From Chloroflexota bacterium (GTDB lineage: Bacteria > Chloroflexota > Dehalococcoidia > SM23-28-2 > RBG-16-64-32), in contig JACZRQ010000084.1 in the NCBI GenBank assembly GCA_022574655.1, positions 1 to 12,078 on the forward strand: DNA of 12,078 nucleotides, in the 5' to 3' direction. The notes beneath the pieces are model-generated. The model was not told where the DNA came from, did not search any database, and saw nothing but the letters and a program-made list of their open reading frames with translations. Shown here piece by piece: positions 1 to 7,860 of the stretch (position 1 is the first letter of the stretch; the number at the start of each line of letters is the position of its first letter). Both the position numbers and the translations under genes were made by a program.

Positions 1-161
1 GCCCACGACGGCTTCTGCCGGGCGTCGGTAGCCTCGACGGCGGGGTCGGTACCCCGGTGGAGAGAGGCAGCCTCCGGCCCGTGCCTCTGTTCGTCTACGA
101 GTCGGCGAAAGACGGGATCGTCCGAAGCAATCCAAAGCTTGTTAGATCAGTTCTCGCCCTG

Positions 162-890
162 ATGAAACGAGAGAACAGGCCAGCAATCGAAGCTATCGAG
201 TACACAGTACGGCGAAGTCGCAGACGCCGACGCACAATGGCGATCACTGTCGACGCCGAAGGTGCAGTCCGAGTTGCGGTGCCGAACCACGTCTCCTCGG
301 CCGCTGTTGCCGCCTTCGTCCAGGAGCGCGCGTCATGGATCGAGAAGCAGCGAAAGGCCAGCCGCGCTAGGCTCGCCGTGCCCAAACGCTTCGTGGATGG
401 TGAGAGCTCGTTCTTCCTGGGGCGCGCATACGCTTTGCGGATCCAGGCAGGAACGAACCAGCACACGGAAGTGCGTCTGGAGGGGCGTGCGCTGGAAATA
501 TCGGTGCCCCAATGTCACGAGACGTCCGAAGCGCGTGCGGCGGCTGTCCGATCCGCGCTCGAGGCCTGGTACCGGTCTGAGGCAGAACGGGTGATCGCCA
601 GCCGGATTCTGCACTACGAGGGGGGGGTTCGTGTGCAGCCGAAAGCTCTTCGCATCAGCAACGCTAGGAGGCAGTGGGGTAGCTGCTGCCCCGGAGGTAC
701 TATCCGAATCAGCTGGCGATTGATCATGGCACCGCTGTCCCTCATTGACTACGTCATTGTCCACGAACTCTGTCACCTGCGACACTCGAATCACGGACGA
801 CTATTCTGGGGCTTGGTGGGTACGATCCTGCCGGATTACGAGTCGCTGCGCGGCCAGCTGCGCCGCGAGGGTGATCGCTACGCCATTTGA
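162..890 (+). CDS. YgjP/DUF45-family zinc-dependent metallohydrolase (M48-like, HEXXH motif)
   Basis: The translation contains the family signature IDYVIVHELCHLRHSNHGRLFWGLV (HELxH followed by NHS..FW). The N-terminal block EYTVRRSRRRRRTMAITVDAEGAVRVAVP matches the usual start of DUF45 proteins (Y.L.RS.RRKT..I.V..G.V.V.AP). The frame is open back to the window edge. A GTG at 57 is an alternative start; I chose the ATG at 162 (MKRENRP...) because it gives the typical ~240-aa family length. The TGA stop is at 888-890. Confidence 0.7.
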   Translation: MKRENRPAIEAIEYTVRRSRRRRRTMAITVDAEGAVRVAVPNHVSSAAVAAFVQERASWIEKQRKASRARLAVPKRFVDGESSFFLGRAYALRIQAGTNQHTEVRLEGRALEISVPQCHETSEARAAAVRSALEAWYRSEAERVIASRILHYEGGVRVQPKALRISNARRQWGSCCPGGTIRISWRLIMAPLSLIDYVIVHELCHLRHSNHGRLFWGLVGTILPDYESLRGQLRREGDRYAI

Positions 891-920
891 GCCAGACCGT
901 TGCTCGGCGGCCTCTCCGGC

Positions 921-970
921 TTCTGCTACGCCAGAAATGGCGCGTATAACTTCGCCGAGCCCTCTATACT
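921..970 (+). promoter_or_regulatory. candidate sigma70-type promoter for the liv operon (-35 TTCTGC 921-926, 17-nt spacer, -10 TATAAC 944-949; alternative -10 TATACT 965-970)
   Basis: Hexamers read directly in the 120-nt gap between the DUF45 gene and livG. The match to consensus is weak and this is speculative. Confidence 0.2.
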
Positions 971-1009
971 GAACAGAACATCAGGAGGGAGACCTTCGAC
1001 CACTTCGCG

Positions 1010-1789
1010 ATGAATGATTCAGAGGCTATCCTAGACGTTCAGAATCTGTCCAAGTCCTTCGGCGGCCTCATGGCCGTGAAAGACTGTAGCATCTCGGTCC
1101 GCCGTGGCAAGATCACCGGCCTTATTGGCCCCAACGGCGCGGGAAAGACGACCCTGTTCAACCTGATCACCGGCTTTCTAAAGCCCACCTCCGGCCACGT
1201 CTTCTTCGAAGAGCAGCAGATCGATGGCCTGCCACCTCACCAGATCTTTCGAAAGGGCATGGTGCGTACCTTCCAAATTCCCCGCGAGCTAAAGACCATC
1301 ACTGTCCTGGAAAACCTCATGTTAGTGCCCGCCCACCAGGCAGGGGAGCAGATCTGGAACCCGTGGTTCTTTGGATCGCGGGTTTCTCGACAGGAGCGCC
1401 ACATCTACGAACAGGCGATGGATGTTCTGAAGTTCATCGACCTCGTTCATCTTCGTGATGAGTACGCTTCCAGTCTCTCCGGAGGGCAGCGGAAACTGCT
1501 GGAGCTGGGCCGCACGCTCATGTGCGGCCCTCGGATAATCCTCCTGGATGAGCCGGGCGCCGGCGTCAATCGCGTCCTCATGCGGAAGCTCGTCGACAAT
1601 ATCCAGGTGCTCTGCCACGACCAGGGCATTACTTTTCTCGTCATTGAGCACGACATGGACCTGGTCACCCGGCTCTGCAACCCGGTCATCGTCATGAGCG
1701 AAGGCCGCCAGATTGCGGAAGGGCCGCCGGAGGAGATCAAGCAAAACGAGCAGGTGCTGGAGGCATACTTGGGTGGGCAGTACCGGTGA
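1010..1789 (+). CDS. livG: HAAT-family (branched-chain amino acid type) ABC transporter ATP-binding protein, LivG-like
   Basis: Walker A GLIGPNGAGKTTLF, ABC signature LSGGQRKLLELGRTLM, Walker B IILLDEPGAG, and an H-loop (IEHDM) are present. The N-terminus ILDVQNLSKSFGGLMAV matches the start of LivG proteins. An AGGAGGGAG SD-like sequence lies upstream at 983-991 but the 18-nt spacer is long. The TGA stop at 1787-1789 overlaps the livF start. Confidence 0.9.
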   Translation: MNDSEAILDVQNLSKSFGGLMAVKDCSISVRRGKITGLIGPNGAGKTTLFNLITGFLKPTSGHVFFEEQQIDGLPPHQIFRKGMVRTFQIPRELKTITVLENLMLVPAHQAGEQIWNPWFFGSRVSRQERHIYEQAMDVLKFIDLVHLRDEYASSLSGGQRKLLELGRTLMCGPRIILLDEPGAGVNRVLMRKLVDNIQVLCHDQGITFLVIEHDMDLVTRLCNPVIVMSEGRQIAEGPPEEIKQNEQVLEAYLGGQYR

Positions 1790-2508
1790 GCATCGTCCTC
1801 CAGGCCACGGGCATCGTCGCGGGCTACGGGGAAGTGGAGATCCTCCACGGCGTATCGCTCAGCGTTCAGGAAGGAGAGATGGTGGCGGTGATTGGGCCAA
1901 ACGGGGCCGGCAAGTCGACGCTGCTCAAGACGATATTCGGCCTGCTCCCAGTTCGTGAGGGAACGGTGCTGCTACGGGGCGAGGACGTGACCAACCAGCC
2001 CCCGGACCGCATCGTCACGAAGGGGATGTCCTTCGTGCCTCAGACCGAGAATGTGTTCCCCAGTCTCAGCGTCAACGAAAATCTGGAAATGGGTGCCTTC
2101 ATCCGCCGGGACGGCCTTCGTGAGCGGCTAGAGCGCGCGTACGACCTCTTTCCTGACCTCACCGCTCGACGGGGCGACCGCGCGGGCCAGCTCTCCGGGG
2201 GGCAACGGCAGATGCTCGCGCTCGCGCGCGCGCTCATGCTCGACCCCGACGTGCTTCTCCTCGACGAGCCCTCCGCCAGCCTCTCGCCGAAGATGGTCGA
2301 CTCGCTCTTCGAGAAGATAGGCGAGATCAACCGGACCGGCACGGCGATCCTACTGGTGGAGCAGAACGCCCGCGAGGCGCTTGCCAAGAGCCAGCAGGCC
2401 TACGTCCTGGCGATGGGTGAGAACCGGCTGGAGGGTAAGGCTGCGGACCTACTGGATAACGAAGAGGTAGCCAAGCTCTACTTAGGGTCCGACTTGAACG
2501 ATGCCTAG
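1786..2508 (+). CDS. livF: HAAT-family ABC transporter ATP-binding protein, LivF-like
   Basis: The GTG start at 1786 overlaps the livG stop (GTGA), indicating translational coupling. It carries Walker A GPNGAGKSTLLKTIFG, signature LSGGQRQMLALARALM and Walker B LLLLDEPS. The C-terminus VAKLYLG resembles the LivF tail AYLGG. Confidence 0.9.
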   Translation: MSIVLQATGIVAGYGEVEILHGVSLSVQEGEMVAVIGPNGAGKSTLLKTIFGLLPVREGTVLLRGEDVTNQPPDRIVTKGMSFVPQTENVFPSLSVNENLEMGAFIRRDGLRERLERAYDLFPDLTARRGDRAGQLSGGQRQMLALARALMLDPDVLLLDEPSASLSPKMVDSLFEKIGEINRTGTAILLVEQNAREALAKSQQAYVLAMGENRLEGKAADLLDNEEVAKLYLGSDLNDA

Positions 2509-3595
2509 TCGTAGGAGTCCGTTCATCAACGCGATCGCGGCCGCCCGGAGCTACTACCGAAATCTGGGCGATACAGCTTCTGCTGTGGTCATTTGGGCCT
2601 TGATCGGCGCCCTCTTCGTCTGGGCGCTTATCGGGGAGACCGAAGCTCTGGTGATCGGTATTGTGACGGGAAGCGTCTTCGCGCTTGGCGCTATCGGACT
2701 CACGCTCATCTACGGCATTCTGAAGTTCGCGCACTTCGCCCACGGCGATGCGATGATGCTTTCCGCCTATCTCGCCTTCTTCTTCCTCACGGGTACGGTG
2801 GTAGGAGAGCGGACGGATACCCAGCCCTTGCACTGGTCGCTGAACGACCTCCCGGGCGCCGCCGAGCCTCTAATGGGTTTCTCCTTCGGGTACGGCCTGC
2901 TCCTCTCCATGGCCGTCGCCGCCGTCGCGATGGCGATAGTCCTTGTTGTGCTGGACCGGCTAATCTACCGGCCGCTTCGCCGGCGTGGCAGCGGCATCGT
3001 CATTTTCGCCATCGCGTCGCTCGCCGTCGCCATCTCCCTGCGGAGCGTCATCCTGATGTTCTGGGGCCCCTCGCCCCGGTTCTACGTGCGGGGCATCCGC
3101 CCAACTACGGACCTCCCTTTTGACATCCGCGTGGTAACGGACCAGTTCTTCATCTTTGCAGCCGCGATCATTCTGGCCGCGTTGGTCTACGCGATACTAT
3201 TCCGGACCAAGCTGGGTAAAGCAATGCGCGCGATGTCCGACAACGCCGATCTAGCGCTCGTGTCCGGTATCAACACCGAGCGTGTGGTCACGTGGACCTG
3301 GGCCATCGGCGGAACGCTGGTCGCCATCGCTGGCGTGTTGCTTGCGCTCCAGTCGCAGCTCAAGCCGGAGCTGGGATTCGTGCTTCTGTTGCCGCTATTC
3401 GCTTCTACAATTTTAGGCGGCATCGGCAGCCCTCAGGGCGCCTTCGCAGGCGGCATGATCGTCGGTATCAGCCAGGAGGTGGCGGTAACGTTCGGCTTCC
3501 TCAGCCCCGGCTATAAGTTCTCAGTGGCCGTGGTCATATTGATCGTGATCTTGCTAGTGCGGCCTAGAGGGTTGTTTGGAGCGCAGCAGCGATGA
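2501..3595 (+). CDS. livH: HAAT-family ABC transporter permease, LivH-like
   Basis: A multi-pass hydrophobic protein. The block GAIGLTLIYGILKFAHFAHGDAMM aligns to the LivH region IGYTMVYGIIGMINFAHGEVYM. The ATG at 2501 overlaps the livF stop (ATGCCTAG). The N-terminus is about 35 aa longer than E. coli LivH, so the true start could be an internal GTG, for example near 2585. Confidence 0.8.
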   Translation: MPSRRSPFINAIAAARSYYRNLGDTASAVVIWALIGALFVWALIGETEALVIGIVTGSVFALGAIGLTLIYGILKFAHFAHGDAMMLSAYLAFFFLTGTVVGERTDTQPLHWSLNDLPGAAEPLMGFSFGYGLLLSMAVAAVAMAIVLVVLDRLIYRPLRRRGSGIVIFAIASLAVAISLRSVILMFWGPSPRFYVRGIRPTTDLPFDIRVVTDQFFIFAAAIILAALVYAILFRTKLGKAMRAMSDNADLALVSGINTERVVTWTWAIGGTLVAIAGVLLALQSQLKPELGFVLLLPLFASTILGGIGSPQGAFAGGMIVGISQEVAVTFGFLSPGYKFSVAVVILIVILLVRPRGLFGAQQR

Positions 3596-4785
3596 AGCTG
3601 CCGCTCAGCGTCGCCGACGTTCGCAGCCGGATCAAGCCGGGTGATCTCCTGGCACCCGCTGCGTTTCTCATCGTTACTGCCGGATTGCTCTTCATACTTG
3701 CTGACCGCTCCGGCTGGGACGCGAGCCGCGTCTTAAACTTCTATACCTTCTTCCTCACATTCGTCGCCATCTACGCCATGTTCGCCCTCGGCCTCAACAT
3801 CCACTGGGGATATACGGGCATTCTCAACTTCGGTGTCATGGCCTTCTTCCTGTTGGGCGCGTATACGGCCGCCATCATCACAAAGCCTCCCGCCAGCGGC
3901 GATTTCGTTGAGTACATCGGTGGCTACGGCGAAAAGCTGGCCTTTCTGCCGTTCCTGAACAGCGAGGAGTGGCTGCCATTCCTCTTCGGCATGGCTACAG
4001 CAGCCGTCGTCTGCGGCATCTTGGCTTTCCTGGTTTCGATCCCCGCTATGCGGCTGCGAGAGGACTACCTGGCCATCGTGACCATTGGCATCGCCGAGCT
4101 GCTGCGCCGTATCACGATCGAGGAGCAATGGCTGGTCAACGGCACCCGCGGGCTTCCCGGCATTCCCCGGCCGCTTGGCGGCCTCGTGGAGCCGGGCGAC
4201 TACAGGTTCGTGCTGCTCGGTATCGTCGTCGTTGTACTCATGATCGTCTACTTCGCTGTCGAGCGCGGAATCCGCTCTCCCTGGGGTCGCGTCCTGCGCG
4301 CGTTGCGAGAAGACGAGTTGGCCACGGCTGCCAGCGGCAAGAACGTCTTCTCGTTCAAGTCGCAGTCATTCGTGCTGGGAGCGATGATCATGGGCATGGG
4401 CGGGGCCCTCTACGCTTACGCGTTCAGCGCCCTTTCGTCGGACACCTTCAACCACTTCTTCGCCACGTTCCTGATCTGGGCCATGTTGATTGTAGGCGGC
4501 CCCGGTAACAATAAGGGCGTCGTTCTTGGCGCCTACGTCGTCTGGGGTTTCTGGAACATCACGCTGTTGCTGCAGGGCTATGATATGCCCGGCGTCATCG
4601 CCACCCGTATCCCGTTCATCCGCGAATTTGTCGTGGGTGTACTCATTCTCCTCGTCCTTCTCCTCCGGCCACAGGGGTTGATGCCGGAGGTGCGCCGGGT
4701 CTCCATCTGGGTGGAGCGCCACACCAAGGCCACTTCCGGCCTGGCACAAGAGTCGGCTGAGCAGACAGAAACTCCTTCTAACTAG
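3592..4785 (+). CDS. livM: HAAT-family ABC transporter permease, LivM-like
   Basis: The ATG at 3592 overlaps the livH stop (ATGA). It encodes a hydrophobic multi-TM protein of 397 aa, the LivM size class. It is the second permease of the pair, positioned after livH. Confidence 0.85.
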   Translation: MKLPLSVADVRSRIKPGDLLAPAAFLIVTAGLLFILADRSGWDASRVLNFYTFFLTFVAIYAMFALGLNIHWGYTGILNFGVMAFFLLGAYTAAIITKPPASGDFVEYIGGYGEKLAFLPFLNSEEWLPFLFGMATAAVVCGILAFLVSIPAMRLREDYLAIVTIGIAELLRRITIEEQWLVNGTRGLPGIPRPLGGLVEPGDYRFVLLGIVVVVLMIVYFAVERGIRSPWGRVLRALREDELATAASGKNVFSFKSQSFVLGAMIMGMGGALYAYAFSALSSDTFNHFFATFLIWAMLIVGGPGNNKGVVLGAYVVWGFWNITLLLQGYDMPGVIATRIPFIREFVVGVLILLVLLLRPQGLMPEVRRVSIWVERHTKATSGLAQESAEQTETPSN

Positions 4786-4802
4786 CTTAGCCAAGATAAA
4801 GA

Positions 4803-4832
4803 GCAAGGGCCTCTCCACCGGGAGGCCCTTGC
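4803..4832. terminator. bidirectional intrinsic terminator hairpin between convergent livM and the substrate-binding protein gene
   Basis: A perfect 11-bp stem, GCAAGGGCCTC (4803-4813) with GAGGCCCTTGC (4822-4832), encloses an 8-nt loop. On the - strand the hairpin is followed by a U-rich run (reverse complement of 4793-4803, CUCUUUAUCUU), so it is best placed to terminate the - strand binding-protein transcript. It lies 18 nt after the livM stop. Confidence 0.55.
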
Positions 4833-4880
4833 CAATAGTCTCGTTTCGGCGCCCAACCTGTCAGGCAGGGCACTGGTTCG

Positions 4881-6185
4881 TTACTCGATCTTTGTCACTT
4901 CGCCCGTGGTCAGATCGACTCTGAACGACTCGTCGCTGACGAGTTCTTGCGCGGCAACATCGACGTGCCATGTCTCGATGGCGCCTACAAGTACGTCGCC
5001 GACGTCGTCGAAGTCGACGGGCCCCGCGGCGCCCTCGTAGTTGATAGCATCGCCCGCTGCGAGAAGCGCAAGAGCGGCGGTGAACCCTTCGACGCCTGGC
5101 GCGACGATCTCGCCATCAGGGCCCGCGACGTCACGCAGCTCGTTGCGGATAGCTGTCGAGTTGACGGAGCCGGCCGCCTCTGCAGCCAGCGCGATGAGGT
5201 ACACAGCGTCGTACGTTTCTCGCAGGAACGGCAGCGCTGGTGTCTCGCCGTTCTCGGCCGCGAATGCGGCATCGAAGTCGGCGCCCGCCGTAACCTCTAG
5301 GAAGCCGGGCGCGGTGCCCTGCATGCCGTCAAAGGCCGCCGGCCAGCCGAGCTGCTCAAACATGTCCCCGGACTTGGTGCCGTCCACAAACAGGAAGCTA
5401 TCAACGTCCCCTCGCTCGACCGCCTCCCGCAGGAATACGCCGGCGCTCTCCGGGTAGGCGAGCGCGGCGATGGCGTCCGGGGCATCAGCCACGCACGTTT
5501 CCAGCTCGGAGGCGTAGGACGGCTGTTCCGCTTCGTGCGGAACTTGCGCGGGGACGGTACCGCCCGCGGCCTCAAAGTCAGTTGCAAAGAGCCCGGACAG
5601 GCCTTCACCATACGCGTTGTTTATGTGCATGGTGCAGACGCTGTCATAGCCGGCGTTCTGCGCAAGAGTGGACAGCACACCTCCTTGAGCAAGGTCAGAG
5701 ATGGTGGTGCGGAAGAAAAAGTCGTTGTCGGCAACCTCAATCAGGGCGACCGACGTAGACGCGGGGGATATCTGTAGGATACTCCCCGGCCCGGTCACAG
5801 ACTCCACAATTGGCAGCGTTACCCCGCTGGAGAGCGCTCCCACAATAGCATGCACTCCCTCAGCTTCGATTAATCGGGTGGCTTCGGTCACGCCCTGTCC
5901 GGGATCAGTGCCCGTATCACCTGGCACGATCTCGATCGGTTCTCCCAAGACGCCGCCTGCTTCATTGATCTCCTTCGCCGCCAGCTCTGCCGCAAGGAGC
6001 AGGTTTGGCCCGAAGTCAGACAAGCCGCCGGTGGAGGCGACGAGCACGCCGATCTTTAGCGGTCCTACTTCTATGTCTGCTTCGCCTTCGTCATCGTCGT
6101 CACCGCACGCCGCCACCAACAATAATGATAGGATCGTTCCGACTACCAAGAGCATCCATTTCTTGTGAGTCAGCCATGAAAACAT
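4881..6185 (-). CDS. ABC transporter substrate-binding lipoprotein, Leu/Ile/Val-binding (type I periplasmic binding protein) family
   Basis: The N-terminus MFSWLTHKKWMLLVVGTILSLLLVAAC carries a lipobox LVAAC followed by an acidic linker GDDDDEGE. The body has the features of the Leu/Ile/Val-binding-protein (type I periplasmic binding protein) family. A strong SD GGGAGG lies 6 nt before the ATG on the - strand. The gene is convergent with livGFHM. Confidence 0.85.
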   Translation of the reverse strand: MFSWLTHKKWMLLVVGTILSLLLVAACGDDDDEGEADIEVGPLKIGVLVASTGGLSDFGPNLLLAAELAAKEINEAGGVLGEPIEIVPGDTGTDPGQGVTEATRLIEAEGVHAIVGALSSGVTLPIVESVTGPGSILQISPASTSVALIEVADNDFFFRTTISDLAQGGVLSTLAQNAGYDSVCTMHINNAYGEGLSGLFATDFEAAGGTVPAQVPHEAEQPSYASELETCVADAPDAIAALAYPESAGVFLREAVERGDVDSFLFVDGTKSGDMFEQLGWPAAFDGMQGTAPGFLEVTAGADFDAAFAAENGETPALPFLRETYDAVYLIALAAEAAGSVNSTAIRNELRDVAGPDGEIVAPGVEGFTAALALLAAGDAINYEGAAGPVDFDDVGDVLVGAIETWHVDVAAQELVSDESFRVDLTTGEVTKIE

Positions 6186-6244
6186 ATACTGCCTCCCTTC
6201 AAGCCTCCTGGGGTCCGGCCTCAGCCTGCATAAAAGCGTAAGCG

Positions 6245-6261
6245 CCTAGACCTTCTAGGTC
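6245..6261. repeat. short overlapping palindromes (CCTAGA-cct-TCTAGG and GACCT-tct-AGGTC) upstream of the binding-protein gene
   Basis: Inverted repeats read directly from the sequence, about 60-75 nt upstream of the - strand start codon at 6185. They could be an operator, or a coincidence. Confidence 0.25.
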
Positions 6262-6303
6262 AAGTCGATGATGTAATCCCCTGATCGCAGAGTCGGTGGA
6301 GCA

Positions 6304-6352
6304 GCTGCTTTACAAGCAGAGGTCGACGGTTCGAGTCCCTTCTCCCGCTCCA
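6304..6352 (+). tRNA. partial tRNA-Val(UAC): 3' half only (anticodon arm, variable loop, T-arm, acceptor 3' strand and CCA); the 5' acceptor strand and D-arm are not recognisable
   Basis: An anticodon stem GCTGC/GCAGA flanks the loop TTTACAA (U33, anticodon TAC, A37). A canonical T-loop GG-TTCGAGT-CC sits at 6328-6338, with one mismatch (C51-C63) in the T-stem. The 3' acceptor strand CTCCCGC is followed by discriminator T and CCA at 6350-6352. No GCGGGAG partner strand or D-arm exists upstream. A 7-bp inverted repeat GGTGGAG (6295-6301) / CTCCACC (6349-6355) brackets the fragment. Its layout matches the 3' half of E. coli tRNA-Val(UAC). Confidence 0.5.
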
Positions 6353-6387
6353 CCCGGGCGTTCCGCGCGATCGTCGAGCAGGACGTT

Positions 6388-7407
6388 TTGGGGCTCGCCC
6401 CGCCCCCGGAGCTACTGACACTGCAACAGGACCTTCCCCGGCGTGCCTTCGCCTTCGGTACGAACGAAGAAAAGGTCGAGTCATTCATGGAGTGGCTGCG
6501 CGAGAACGACAGCATTGAGATCCTTGACCTATTCCCAGGACAGGAGCGCGCGGTCGTCGGGAGCGTCAGGTACGCCAACGTCTACATCGACTCGGCCTAC
6601 AAGAAGGGGATCCGCTTGGCGGAGACCGAGATGCAGAAGCGTGGGATCAAACCGTCCCGGCTGCCGGCAGATGCGGACATCACGATCGACGCACTCTTCA
6701 ACCGTCCGATCCACGCGGATAAGGTCGCCCAGATATACCAGCGCGTGTACTCCGACCTCCGAAACATTACCGATGAAATGGAGCAGCAGATATCTGAGGT
6801 GCTTGCGCAGAGCTTGGCCGATGGGCTCGGGCCGCGGGAGACGGCGCGCATCCTGCAAGACCGCATCCACAAGACAGGCGGCACCTTGGCGCTGGACTTC
6901 ACAACCGAGAAGGGGATTAAGTTTAAGATGCGCGCGAGAAACCGCGCGATTATCTTGGCACGTACAGAGATCATTCGCGCCCATCACGTCGCCACGATCA
7001 ATACCTACCGCGAAGCTGGCGTCGAGGGCGTCCGAGTACTGGCGGAGTGGCGTACTGCCGGAGATGAGCGGGTCTGCGAGCGATGCGAGGCTTTGGAAGG
7101 ACAGATATTCACCCTGGACGAGATCGAGGGACTGATTCCCCTGCACGCCCAGTGCCGGTGCGTGGCGTTGCCAGCGAGGATCACCATGGTGGAGCGCGCG
7201 CGCGCCGATGGTACGATTAACCCTCCCATCCCGCCGGCGCCGGACGGTTCTCCCGTCGAAAACAACACTTTAAGATCAGGCAACGACCCCATGACGACCC
7301 TCACGGCCTCCGGAGCACACAGCACGCATAATGCCACTCCAGGACGACTGAAGGGTCTCTGGGGCCGTTCTGTTCGATTCGTCGATACATACATGGAGGA
7401 GGCCTGA
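6388..7407 (+). CDS. phage head morphogenesis protein, MuF / SPP1 gp7 family
   Basis: The Phage_Mu_F domain signature is strong: ARTEIIRAHHVATINTYREAGVEGVRVLAEWRTAGDERVCERCEALEGQIFTLDEIEGLIPLHAQCRCVALP, with ARTE, the CxxC pair and the PLH..CRC motif. The start is uncertain: the ORF track uses TTG at 6388, while the first ATG is at 6487 (MEWLREND). The frame is open upstream through the tRNA fragment to 6277. The domain is followed by a roughly 80-aa C-terminal tail (Pro-rich linker PPIPPAPDGSP, then about 50 aa). Confidence 0.85.
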   Translation: MGLAPPPELLTLQQDLPRRAFAFGTNEEKVESFMEWLRENDSIEILDLFPGQERAVVGSVRYANVYIDSAYKKGIRLAETEMQKRGIKPSRLPADADITIDALFNRPIHADKVAQIYQRVYSDLRNITDEMEQQISEVLAQSLADGLGPRETARILQDRIHKTGGTLALDFTTEKGIKFKMRARNRAIILARTEIIRAHHVATINTYREAGVEGVRVLAEWRTAGDERVCERCEALEGQIFTLDEIEGLIPLHAQCRCVALPARITMVERARADGTINPPIPPAPDGSPVENNTLRSGNDPMTTLTASGAHSTHNATPGRLKGLWGRSVRFVDTYMEEA

Positions 7408-7409
7408 CA

Positions 7410-7859
7410 ATGGATAATGAAATCTGCACGATAGGATACGAAGGCGTCACGCTTGGTATGTTCGTCGAGTGCCTGCGCTCCGCCAGCGTGGAGGTACTGA
7501 TTGATTGCCGCATCCGTGCACAGAGCCGTAAGAAAGGTTTTTCAAAAACAGCGCTATCCGAAGCGCTAGCCCAGCAGGGAATCGGCTATGTGCATGATCG
7601 GGATCTGGGAACCCCGAAGGAAATCATGAAGGTCTTCAGGGAAACCAAATTCTACGACTGGGACGCATACAATGCCTTCCTGTCTACGAAAAAGGCGAAC
7701 GTAGTTGCAGCCGCACGTATCGCGAGCGAACAGAAAATATGCTGCATGTGCTATGAGGCGGACGCAGAAACATGCCATCGGAGATTCGTAGCTGCGGCCA
7801 TCGCCAAAATCACAGGCACGGGCATAGATCATTTACAGCCGGCAGAAACGGAGACCTGA
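7410..7859 (+). CDS. DUF488-family protein (function unknown)
   Basis: An N-terminal TIGYEG motif and LIDCRIRAQSRKKGFSKTALSEALAQQGIGYVHDRDLGTP fit the DUF488 consensus (TiG....DVR..P.SRK.gFnk..L...L...GI.Y.h...LG). The ATG lies 2 nt after the MuF TGA stop (TGACAATG). Local GC is about 50%, visibly lower than the flanks. Confidence 0.8.
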   Translation: MDNEICTIGYEGVTLGMFVECLRSASVEVLIDCRIRAQSRKKGFSKTALSEALAQQGIGYVHDRDLGTPKEIMKVFRETKFYDWDAYNAFLSTKKANVVAAARIASEQKICCMCYEADAETCHRRFVAAAIAKITGTGIDHLQPAETET

Positions 7860-7860
7860 C

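Noticed and set aside
333-794. 153-aa - strand ORF (and the 95-466 - and 262-594 + ORFs) overlapping the DUF45 gene
   Set aside because: They are antisense or alternative-frame ORFs of the kind high-GC DNA throws up. The + frame carries an unmistakable HEXXH DUF45 protein, and the others have no motifs and no ribosome-binding sites.
2593-3123. 176-aa Arg-rich + ORF inside livH
   Set aside because: It is an alternative frame of the livH coding sequence. The Arg/Pro-rich low-complexity composition is typical of out-of-frame translation of GC-rich genes.
6277-6352. A full-length 76-nt tRNA
   Set aside because: The 3' 49 nt make a good anticodon arm, T-arm and acceptor-CCA. The upstream 27 nt do not form a D-arm, nor a 5' acceptor strand complementary to CTCCCGC. 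I called it a partial tRNA only.
6529-7394. - strand ORFs 6529-7146, 6597-6974 and 7005-7394 inside the MuF gene
   Set aside because: The + frame encodes a complete Phage_Mu_F domain. The - strand ORFs are antisense artefacts.
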